This document shows, in pieces, positions 12,151 to 22,118 of a stretch of 64,000 nt of DNA. The DNA is taken from assembly GCA_030704615.1 (NCBI GenBank), contig CM060732.1, positions 27,590,001 to 27,654,000 of the forward strand, written 5' to 3'. Each line of letters starts with the position of its first letter. Position 1 is the stretch's first letter. The DNA comes from Takakia lepidozioides. Lineage: Eukaryota; Plantae; Bryophyta. The notes beneath the pieces are model-generated. The model searched no databases. It saw only the letters and a list, made by a program, of their open reading frames with translations, and had not been told where the DNA came from. The translations under genes and the position numbers were made by a program.

Positions 12151-14310
12151 TTGTGGAGAGGGGGTTATGGACATATTCATGACCGGTTGAGTGTCAACAC
12201 GGAGGTGCCACTAGTTGCTGGGGACAGTGCCGGTTCGAGCACTAGCGATACTAGTGGGTACACGAGACGAGGTGTGCGGTTTAGGCCACCTTCACCTCCT
12301 GTGTCTTCTACGGAAGATTCTGATTCGGATTGTGAATCAGGAGGACTCATATCGGCGGTGCAAGTTGTTTCTTTGCCATTGTTGTGGGACACAATGGAAA
12401 AGATGTATGGAGCTACCAAAGGGCCACGAAGGTACTCTGGGGCGGTGGGCACCATCGAGTTGGATGATTTTATCCAAGAGTTTGATAGTTGGTGTGATTT
12501 GCAGCAAATGCGCAAATCCACAACTATTTACGCCTTTCATGGCATGGAAGGGGCTGTTTCAGCACCTTGAGGGGCCGCCTATGGATGATTACCATGAGTT
12601 CAGGCGGGGGCATGAGGTTGAGATCGAGGAGTGGAGGTTGTACTGGTCACCCGACTATGTCTCCATCACTAGGGGCACTAGAGCCACGAGGGCAGTGGCT
12701 ACACCTGCCGCTGCACCGGCAGCTTCAGCAAGTAGTAGTAGGACTAGTGGGACTGGTGGTACAGTAGCTACGACGTCCACCCAAGCCACTACCGCACCAG
12801 CACTAGTACCCGTGCCTGCCTTTAACCCTGTTGTGGAGTTCTTCGAAGAGTTGAGAGGGAACTACCAAGGGGTGAGGACAGAGAAGTTGCGGAGCTTGCA
12901 AGAGTTCCAATGGAAGCCGACCGAGAGCTTGATGGAGGCTTTCACTTGCATGAGGCGCTTGATAAATGTAACCCAAGGGGTTACGGAAGCTCAGGCAGTC
13001 CAATTCTGGTATGGGATATTGGACAAGGAGCTGGGGAGAAGGGTGCGGGATGCAACTCTCCTACAAGTGGCCCAACCCACCTTAGCAAATGTGTTTTTGC
13101 TGGCAGCGCGGATAGAGCTCGACATGGTGGAGGAACGAGTGGTCATGGTGGGATTTGCTAAGGAGACGCCACGGGGTAGTGGTGCTCCTAGCCAACCACT
13201 ACCTCAACGTGCTCAAGGCAACAAGGGGGCTCAGGTGAAGCTCAGGGAAGGGCAGAGAGGACCTCAGATGCAGGGGTCTCTCCCTTCATTTGCTGGCCAA
13301 CAACGGGCGGATGTGGTGTGCTGGACATGTGGAGGACCCCATGTCAAGAAGGATTGCCCAGAGGGAGGCAAAGGGTCGGCACATGCACAGCCTGCACAGT
13401 TGTAGTGTGGGCATTGTGGCAAGCACGGGCATGGAGAGGCCCAGTGTTATGGTTTGCATCCTGAGTTGCGCCCAGGCCAGTTCCAAGGGAACAATGGTGG
13501 CCGGGGGCGAGGTGGAGCAGCCCAGAGAGGACGAGGTGGCCAGCCACGAGGTGCAGGCCAAGGGCAAGCTCAACATGGCCAAGGACGCGGAGGTCAGGGT
13601 GTTGACCAAGGCATGGCCAACCGGCTTCAGCAGCTAGAGCAGAGGCTCGCTGCCATGGCTACAGCTCAGGTGGTACCGGCTCTAAGGCCGGATGGTCCAC
13701 CTCCTGCTCCTGAGGGAGGAGATATGGGAGGCATGGGATTCATGTGTGGAGCAGCACTACCACTAGTGCAGGTGGAGTCTGCTGCAGCCGTGACTCGAGG
13801 AGCAGCACGAGTTCCTGAGCCACGAGGTGTAGAGGTGGAGTTGGATCCACAACGTGGGGAGGCAAGCCGTCAGGCTAGGCTTCCTCAGTCATTCACATTG
13901 GCGGAGACAGTGTCGACGCCATCCATGGCACCTAGTTCTCGCCCGACTGTTACCGAGGCGGAGGTTACTATGCCATTGAGGAGAGCTACACGGGTAGCAC
14001 CACTACCTAGTGTTGCCAAGGCTACGGCAGCTAGTGTGCTGCTAGGAGCGGCCACATCTGTGTGCCAGGCTCTATTGTTCTCCGCTACCATGATTGCGAC
14101 GCCGGGGGTAAGACCAGCTGAGGTGTTCAGGCTGGCAGCTACACTCTGTGAGAGTGGGGAGGTTACTTCATCTTCTGCGGAGATAGTGGGAGGTGTAGTG
14201 CCGGAGGGATCCTCGGATTTGAGGGTCAAGACTGCCACGGCGGTGCCATGGCAAGCTACAGCTGCCAGGTTGATGGAGCTGCCAGCTAGGCCAGTCGTAC
14301 CGGCCACTGC
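12151..14310 (+). pseudogene. gag: gag (two CCHC zinc knuckles), disrupted
   Basis: ELDDFIQEFDSWC; frameshift near 12515; CWTCGGPHVKKDC; TAG at 13403 then CGHCGKHGHGEAQC; RGG-rich tract follows. Confidence 0.85.
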
Positions 14311-14315
14311 GGGTC

Positions 14316-14680
14316 TTGTTGGACTCGGGAGCTCAGCCATTGATGCTGGGCAGAGCTGCTATTGCAGGCTTGGGCCTCACGGAGGCGGATATGGAGCCTT
14401 GTCCTTTCCAGATACAGACGTCTCTGGGAGGATCGGAGCAGGCTCGGGGCATGACACGGCGTGAGTTGGCTATCAGACTACAGCCGGATCACCCTACAGA
14501 TGGCTCAGTGATGCGAGCCAAGGCCATTGTGACAGACGCGGTCTCATACGATGTCCTGGTTGGTGGGGCAGTGTTGTACCCCATGGGCTTCACCCTGGAT
14601 TTTTGGGAGGAGTCAGCTTCCTATAGGCCTGCATGGCAGTCAGGGGAGGGTTGGCGTGTGCAGCTCCCTGTGACGTTCAT
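14316..14680 (+). CDS. Retroviral-type aspartic protease domain of pol
   Basis: LLDSGA catalytic motif and YDVLVGG flap/end motif. Confidence 0.85.
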
Positions 14681-15029
14681 AGGAGGAGTTGCGGTTGCCC
14701 AACGAGGCAAGATGCCGACACTAGCAGCATTCACAGCGGCAGTGAGTTGGCCTAGAGAGTTGCTTGAGGGCAACGCTCATTCAGAGGATGTACCACCTCC
14801 GGGAGAGCAGGATGACATGTATGGTATGGCGGAGTTGCCTACCATGGTTGCTCAGACTCCATTGTGGGGCACGAGCAAGGATTTGCAGCGGAATGCTGAT
14901 CGACGGGTGCAACAAGCCTGGGTGGAGGCTTTTGTACCGTCAGGAGAGGAGGAGAGTGCGGGGATTGCACCAGGACCACCTCAGTTGTCTCCATTGGACA
15001 CCACACCTATTGTGTGGCAGTATCCGGAT

Positions 15030-15990
15030 GAAGGCATTTGTCTTCTGGACTTGTTTGGCGGGATCAGCACCGGATTGGCTGCTGTGTTACAGGCAGGTGT
15101 ACGAGTTTGGCGTTACCTGTATGTGGAGAGGGATGAGACTGCACGACGCGTTTCACTTCGCCATGTTGCTCAGTTGGTGCAGCGGTACCCTGAGTTGTTG
15201 TCGGTGTCTGCAATTCGTGGATATCAGCAGGCCTTGCCAGCAGACATTTCGTTGCTGGGGGCGCAGGATTTGGAGCGGGTTGGCTCCATTGATCTGGTAG
15301 TGGCAGGTTGGCCCTGCCAAGGGCATTCATCAGCCGGGCATGGCAATGGATTGCGAGACTCGAGGTCGGGTCTGTTTTGGGAGATGGTGCGGGTTTTGCG
15401 CCACTTGCAGCTTCATCAAGCTGTATCTCCAGCATACATCTTGGAGAATGTGCCACTGATGGGCGATTCTTGGGCCAGGGTGATGGCCAGTGTGCATCAA
15501 GTCCGGTCGTGGCTTGGGTCAGCAGTGTTGCTAGATGCAGCTACAGTGGGGTCACGGGCTCATCGTCCACGGCTATGGTGGACTAACTTGATGCCACCCG
15601 CACTGCTCAAGCGTGCATTTGATGGGGTGCAGCGGCCAGCACATCTCACAGTGGATAGCATTCTGGACACAGGGAGGCAGTCTCAGCGTGTGAGACACGA
15701 TGACCGTTTGCCTTTGGCAGTGGTCAACAAGGTGGGTCAACCACGAGCAGCATTACCTACACTGCTCAGCTTCCCAGGATCGCATGCTTTCCGGGATAGT
15801 GGACCTGGCCTCTTGTGGGATGCTCAGTTGCAGCAGTTAGTGGAGCCTAATGCTGACGAGCGTGAGCGGGCAATGGGTTTTACCACTGGTACCACGGCGG
15901 TGTTGTCTCTTTCTGAGGCATCACGTCGTCAAGTGTTGGGGCAAGCAATGGATCTCAATTGCTTGACCTGGATTATCAGCTTGGCTATGG
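15030..15990 (+). CDS. C5-cytosine DNA methyltransferase domain, in frame with the protease
   Basis: Motif I LDLFGGISTG, II YVERD, III ADI, IV AGWPCQGHS, V DSRSGLF, VI LENV, VIII AHRPRLWW, IX ERERAMGF, X LGQAM; no stop codons. Confidence 0.93.
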
Positions 15991-16434
15991 CTGAGCAACG
16001 CAGAGTGCGGAGTACACTTCCCTCGATGGTCTCTCTGCCTACCGAGACGGTACAGGCAGTGAGTGGGGGCGAGCATGTGAGGACCACGGGGTGCATGCAT
16101 CCATGGCACACGTGGGAGGTGCTCGAGGTTCAGAGGGAGTTGGCAGCCAAGGTGGCGATGAAGATGAGGTTGGGGATTTTTCTCGGGTGGAGGAAGTCCT
16201 CAGGATGAGATGATGGGGCAAGATGAGGTCTTGTCATTGACTGAGCAGGTAGGGAGTATTGCTCAAGAGGTTGCAACATAGCAACCACTGGACGCGTCCT
16301 CTACCTCTAAGCCCACTGGACTTAAGGTTACGGAGGACAATTGGGAGCCTGACATTGGACCCATTGTCACCGGAGGAGAGAGACGACGTATACGGCGGTT
16401 CCTGAGGGCTTACAGGAATTGCTTTGCCTTCAGT

Positions 16435-17316
16435 TTGAAGGACTTGGGAGCACTGAAGGGTCAAGAGATCCGTATTGAGTTGGCCATTGACACGCCAATC
16501 TTTCGGAGACCCTATAGATACAGTGACATGGAGAGGTCTTTGATTCAGATGAGGACTCAAGATCTCTGGGAGGCAGGTTTGGTGGAGCTCTCTGGTGGAG
16601 AGTATGCTTCAGCCACAGTGATGCCAGCCAAGAAGGATGTCTATGGCAATTGGATGGAGAGACGTATGTGCGGTGATAACCGGCCTGTAAATCGTCAGAC
16701 CAAGTCCGATAAGTATGCCATGCCAACACCAAAGGAGATCTTTGATGCCATTGGGCATGCTAAGGTCTTTAGCACTTTGGATTTACGATCCGGATATCAC
16801 CAGTTGCCAATCAAGGAGGCGGACAAGCAGAAAACGACATTATGGGGGATCAATGCGCACGACAAGGATTGCCTATATCAGTGGCGGTTCTTACCATTTG
16901 GGCTTAAGAATGCTCCTGCAGAGTTTCAAAGAGTCATGGATAGGATTCTAGCAGGGGTGGACTTTGCTCGGTGCTACATAGATGACATCATCATCTTTAG
17001 TGTTACGATGGAGGAGCATGAGAGACACCTTCAGGTGGTATTGGAGCGCTTGAGAGCACACGGATTGAAGTTGCATCCGGGGAAGTGCAAGTTTTTCCAC
17101 AACCAGATTGAGTATCTGGGTCACATGATATATCCTGGAGGATTGGGGGTACAGCAGACTAAGGTAGAGGCCATTGCACAAATTCCACGCCCCATAGATG
17201 TGAGCCGAGTTCGAGCTTTCATGGGGTTGGCAAACTATTATAGACGGTTTGTCAAGGGATTTAGTACCATTGCAAAGGCTCTAACCAAGCTGACTAAGGT
17301 GGACCAGGAGTGGTAG
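16435..17316 (+). pseudogene. Reverse transcriptase (Gypsy type)
   Basis: LDLRSGYHQ, LPFGLKNAP, YIDDIIIF, YLGH; premature TAG at 17314. Confidence 0.95.
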
Positions 17317-17361
17317 TGGGAAGATGAACAGGAACGAGCTTTTCAAGAGCTCAAGGCAAGG

Positions 17362-17799
17362 TTGATCTCGGCGCCTATCTTGAGACGACCTATCAGGGGG
17401 CGTCCCTTTCAGCTGCATACGGATTGGAGCATGCTGGGGCTTGGAGCAGTGCTCACACAGGTGGATGATGAGGAAAGAGAGTTCGTAGTGGCTTATGCTA
17501 GCCGCTTGAACAACGCTGCAGAGGCTAAGTACAGTTCATATGAGGGAGAGTGCTTAGCTGCAGTGTGGGCCGTGGCACACTTTAGGTGCTATCTATACGG
17601 CAATATTTTCACCCTTGTCACGGATCACCAGCCACTCAAGTGGTTGATGGAGTCAGACAAGCTTACGGGGAAGCTTGCATGGTGGGCACTCATACTCCAG
17701 GAGTATGACTTTCAGGTTGTGCATCGACCGGGTTTGGTCAATCGGGATGCGGATGGATTGAGTTGCAATCCATGCATGAGCCAGCAGGATGACACTTGA
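17362..17799 (+). pseudogene. RNase H domain
   Basis: LHTDWS, YSSYEGECLA, TDHQPL, ADGLS. Confidence 0.9.
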
Positions 17800-18159
17800 G
17801 CTCAGTGGCATGGTGAGACGGACGAGGAGATGGTGTCGGGATGGCACGCATCTGCATTTTTGTGTATCTTGGCATCGGGAGGTCAGGTTGGACCTACAAC
17901 AGGGATGACTGTAGACGGAGTGTCTGCGGACCCTGAGGCTAGTGATGAGCTAGGTGGTGCCAGAGATATACATAAGGATTCGGCTGTGTTGGGCTACCTC
18001 TGCACGGGAGACACGGCAGCCACTGTGACTGCCAGGGAGAAGGATCGGATCCTGCAACGAGCCAAGAGGTTCAAGTGGGAGGGGATACACCTACTTCGAG
18101 TGTGGGAGGATGGTCGGGTGAGGATTGTGCCTCACCCCACACAACGTGCACGGTTAGTG

Positions 18160-19210
18160 CGGCATGCCCATGAGGAGTTGGGGCATTTTGGAGTGTGACG
18201 CATTCACAGTTTACTGCAAGGGCAGTATTGGTGGCGTGGTATGCATACAGAGGTGCAACAGTTCGTGGCTAGGTGCATGGTGTGTGACAGGGTGCATGCT
18301 TCATTCAACGCCCCTACACCACAGTTGCATCCTTTACCAATCATGGGATTGGGCTACAGGTGGAATCTTGACTTCGCAGGACCGTTGCCACTGACTATGC
18401 GCCACCACAGATATGTGTTGGTGATGGTGGAGCACTTCTCCAAGTGGATTGAGTTGGTTCCATTGCCTGACAAGGCTAGTGAGGGGGCTGCGTATGCATT
18501 CTTGGATCGTGTGCTTAGCCGATTTGGTGCTCCAGCTGAGGTACTCATGGACCAAGGGAGAGAGTTCTTGGGGGAGTTTCAGGCTTTGTGTGATAAAGCC
18601 TTGATAGACCACCGCACCACTTCTCGGGATCATCCTGAGGCCGATGGCTTGGTAGAGAGAGTTGTTCAGACGGTGAAGAGGGGTTTGCGCAAGTATGGCT
18701 TGCAGAAGGGACATCTAGGAGATTAGGATCTTCAAGTTCCTTGGTTAGCCATGGGCTACAGGTTCAGCAAACAAACATCACTTGTCTCCTTCTCACCATA
18801 TTTCCTTCTCTTTGGCCGAGAGCCGGATTTTCCTGCAGCCATTCGTAGGGACACTGCTCAAGTCCTTAACCTTGACGATCCGGATGTGTGGGTACGTGCA
18901 TGTGATCAGCGTGCAGAGTTGTTCAAGAAAGTCATGCCCATGGCTTTTGAGAACCTTGCCATTGCACAGCACCGTGATACGTTGAGGTATGCCACTATAC
19001 GTGGTGGAGGCTATCGTCCTGGGGTTCGGAGGTTTAGCCCTGGGGACTATGTTTATTTGCAGCAGACTGCTCCTACGACTCTGGATGTTACTACAGGGCG
19101 TGTTATTCTGAGGGTTCAAGAGGTGTTGCCCTCAGGAGTCCTGATCTTGGAGGGTCGGGATGGCATGACTTAGAAGGACCATGTGCGTAATTGTGCGCCA
19201 TGTCACCTTC
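18160..19210 (+). pseudogene. DDE integrase with HHCC zinc finger
   Basis: HEELGH...CMVC, LDFAGPLP, DQGREF, GLVERVVQ, SPYFLLFG; stops at 18196, 18724, 19171. Confidence 0.92.
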
Positions 19211-19263
19211 CCAATGTCGATGGCAGAGTTGACCCAAACTTGGCAATGGTACCTGTAGGTTTG

Positions 19264-19400
19264 AGGTGCATGCTGTGGGTCTGCCAAAGGGGCAGCCACC
19301 ATGCTGGTGTGTGATCGATGCTCAAGGGTTGGCATATGGGATGCTTGACACCACCTCTTGAGAAGGTTCCTGACAGAGATTGGTTGTGTCCACACTGCTT
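19264..19400 (+). pseudogene. PHD finger at the pol C-terminus (frameshifted)
   Basis: Reconstructed RCML...MLVCDRC..GWHMGCLTPPLEKVPDRDWLCPHC (C4HC3 pattern). Confidence 0.85.
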
Positions 19401-19667
19401 GGGATAGTGGCAGTGGACATGACTGGAGGCAACTAACAAGACATGGGAGGCCAAGCTCATAGGAGTCAATACATGAGATCCCAAGCTCAAGTTCACAGGT
19501 TGCAAGACGACGACTAACGATGGGGCAACTCTTGCACCCGGCCTCTTGATCTATCGAGTTTGAGTGTAGTAGGGATAGTGGTGGAGGACTTAGTGAGGCT
19601 ATGGTCACTATCACATCTTGTGGCTACCTGGACTTAGAGGGACCTAAGCACCAGCTAGGGGGGCGAT

Positions 19668-20174
19668 TGTGTGGACTAGTGACTGCCATAGTGGGCAGCA
19701 TAGTGGCAGCCTAGTGACTGACTAGTTGTAGCCTAGTGGTTGGACTAGTGGTTGGACTAGTGGTGGACTAGTGGTATACTAGTGTGTGGTGTGCACATGT
19801 GTTGTGTGGTTTTGGACAGCGATGTAGTTGTGTAGCGATATGTATGCGCACGATAGCTGTCAAGTTATTTTACCACTAGTGTGAAACTAGCTAGGAAATA
19901 GCTAGCTTTTACATATTGACATTTGGGATTGGCCCAAGTGTCAATCCAGGGGTCAAGGCAAATTTAGGCCCTGGAGTGGTTATCTTCACGGCAAGCGCGA
20001 GAGGCTCATCTTTCTCGAGTTGAGCCTCACCGCGCCTAGCTATGGCGCCGTAGTGTGGATTTCCCATGGCGTGGGGTGCACTTGGCTTGACTTGTATTTG
20101 AGTGATGAGGTTATATATGCATGAGTTTATGCTTCAGATTTGTGAGCTCGTGCTTGTATTCTTCTTCTTTATCA
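19668..20174 (+). repeat. Complete LTR (A1 + B2), preceded by the polypurine tract
   Basis: AGGGGGGCGAT then TG...CA; A1 19668-19855, GC, B2 19858-20174. Confidence 0.85.
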
Positions 20175-20175
20175 T

Positions 20176-20345
20176 TGTGTGGACTAGTGACTGCCATAGT
20201 GGGCAGCATAGTGACAGCCTAGTGTAGTTGTAGCCTAGTGGTTGGACTAGTGGTGGACTAGTGGTATACTAGTGTGTGGTGTGCACATGTGTTGTGTGGT
20301 TTTGGACAGCGATGTAGTTGTGTAGCGATATGTATGCGCACGACA
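20176..20345 (+). repeat. Extra terminal block A2 (5' half of LTR)
   Basis: Near-identical to 19668-19855; ends GCGCACGACA directly before the TSD. Confidence 0.9.
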
Positions 20346-20980
20346 TCAACAACAAATCTTTTACATCCTCTTTTAGGCCACATCGAGGTCGCACGCAAGT
20401 TGTCGAAATTCGGCAACATAAACGAAAGCTGGACGTGTTCATTGTCGAGGATTTCGCATCTTTATCTCTGCAACTCTCTCTCTATCATTCTCTCCAAACA
20501 TTGTAGTGAACTCGGACATGAACGCTTCAAAATTGTATTGTAAATGCGAATTTTTCTCTAATAGCGGTGCAAACCAAGATAGGGCAGTGCCGGATAGAAG
20601 GATGCCCACAAATCCCACTTGAATATCTTCATCAGGGCGTTATGGATGTATTCGTAGGAACAATCGTATTTGTTGAATACAACCGCGAAATCTTGATCTC
20701 GTCCTATCAAATTTTTCGGGTATGCTGACCTTTGATTCCTTTGTAATCTGTTGAAAATTTGGAGAAACCGTTGCAGTATGATTTATTGTAGTAGGGACTT
20801 GTAAGGTTGAAGATCCATTGTTCGACTCCTTCTGAAATTTGTTGTTGCAAATTGTTGAGAGCGTTGTCAAGATCTTGAGACTGATTAGTTTGTAGTTGGG
20901 CAGTAGAGGCACAAAGTTCTTGCATCTGGAGCTGGAGACTCTACAATGTAGCGACCATTTCCGCAAATGTGTCTTCCATC
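20346..20980 (-). pseudogene. gag: 5' part of the host Gypsy gag
   Basis: IPEKFDRTRSRFRGCIQQIRLFLRIHP...LLSGTALSWFAPL. Confidence 0.8.
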
Positions 20981-21020
20981 AACTTAACTAACTAAGGAAC
21001 AAACTTTAGTCTCGCCAAAC

Positions 21021-21615
21021 TGTCAAGGACAAGAACATGACTGAACACAAACAAGAGATCAGACTAGAGGTACAAGACTAGACAAGAAGTCAAGGTCGAC
21101 GTGGCCGAATGCATGGTTGGTAAACATGAATCAAAATAATCTTTATAACAATGGACAAGAGTACAAGATACTGGAATTCGACTCGAATATTGGAATGCTG
21201 GAAACTGGACTGGGGTACCAGATACTGGAAACTGGACTTGAGTACAGGAAGCTGGACTGGAGTACTGGGACTGGGAACAAGAGTAGCTTAAACTTGTGTT
21301 GGCGAGACTGAAGAGTGTCCAGTCTCGCTTCCTATATATACTGGCTACTAAGAAACTTCCATAAGAAGCTCATATGGAGGTTTCTTGCTAGAGAAAATTC
21401 CAAGATTAAACAAAGGTTTCTTGATAGAGAAGTTTCCTCCAAAAGAAGCTTCCTCAACAGTTTCCCAAGTTAATCTTGATAATTTGGTAAACTCCCGGTA
21501 ATTTGATAAGTAATGGTAAATCATGGTAGATCATGGTAAATTATAGTAATTTCCGGTAACATGGTAACTTCTGGTATTTACTCCTGATAAGTTCCTCTGG
21601 GCTATGTCCGTGACA
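21021..21615 (-). mobile_element. 5' LTR of the host chromovirus-like element (3' LTR not seen)
   Basis: TGTCA...TGACA termini, TATA box near 21333-21340, gag immediately downstream in element sense. Confidence 0.75.
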
Positions 21616-22118
21616 GGCCATGCCAAGCTCGGAGCCCATTGGAGCTTGAAACTTGGCATGATGTTGCGTTGATTTGCTGTCAGCCAAGTCTGCCATCTTA
21701 AGGTTAATTTCTACTAACATGGTTTTGTCATTGATAAAATGACGACGCTGAGCCCAATTTTGATTAGCAGGGGGCAAGCCAAGGAGAAAATACCTTTTGA
21801 CCATGCGATCTCTTTCTGCCGGGTCAATGATGTTCTCAACTGCAGCAGACTTGATGTCCATGTAAAATTGCCACATGGATTCTTCAGGCTAGTAAGTCTT
21901 TGAAGAGAGCTTAGCAAAGCAGTCTAGAGGTCTTTCAGGAGGCTTGAACAATGTCTTAGCCTATTCTATAAGGATCACCCAATTGAAGCTAGGATCATCC
22001 ATGACTGCTGCATGCAGCAAGTCCCGAGCTGACCCCTTCATGCTCATCCTAAAGATGGTCATCTTGAAGTTCTTAGGCACTCCATTTACGCTAGCAATGA
22101 CTTCAAACATTTGAAGGT
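21616..22118 (-). pseudogene. Retrotransposon gag-like fragment
   Basis: FEVIASVNGVP..KMTIFRMSMKGSARD; KRYFLLGLPP. Confidence 0.5.

Larger units (their letters stand above)
8530..20345 (+). mobile_element. Ty3/Gypsy LTR retrotransposon encoding a C5 DNA methyltransferase and a PHD finger; permuted terminal repeats
   Basis: Ends TGTC...GACA flanked by TCAA (8526-8529, 20346-20349); domain order gag-PR-DNMT-RT-RH-INT-PHD; PPT at 19657-19663. Confidence 0.92.

Noticed and set aside
14316-16150. Absence of stops in PR-DNMT compared with five stops in RT-INT as evidence of domestication
   Set aside because: Counts are too small, upstream gag is frameshifted, and there is no expression evidence
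20054-20137. 84-bp segment missing from B1, considered as a spliced intron
   Set aside because: Boundaries do not give GT-AG removal; an AG microhomology deletion explains it
8530-20345. DIRS/PAT classification because of split repeats and a methyltransferase
   Set aside because: It has a protease, a DDE integrase and a TSD, no tyrosine recombinase, and the MTase is C5 type
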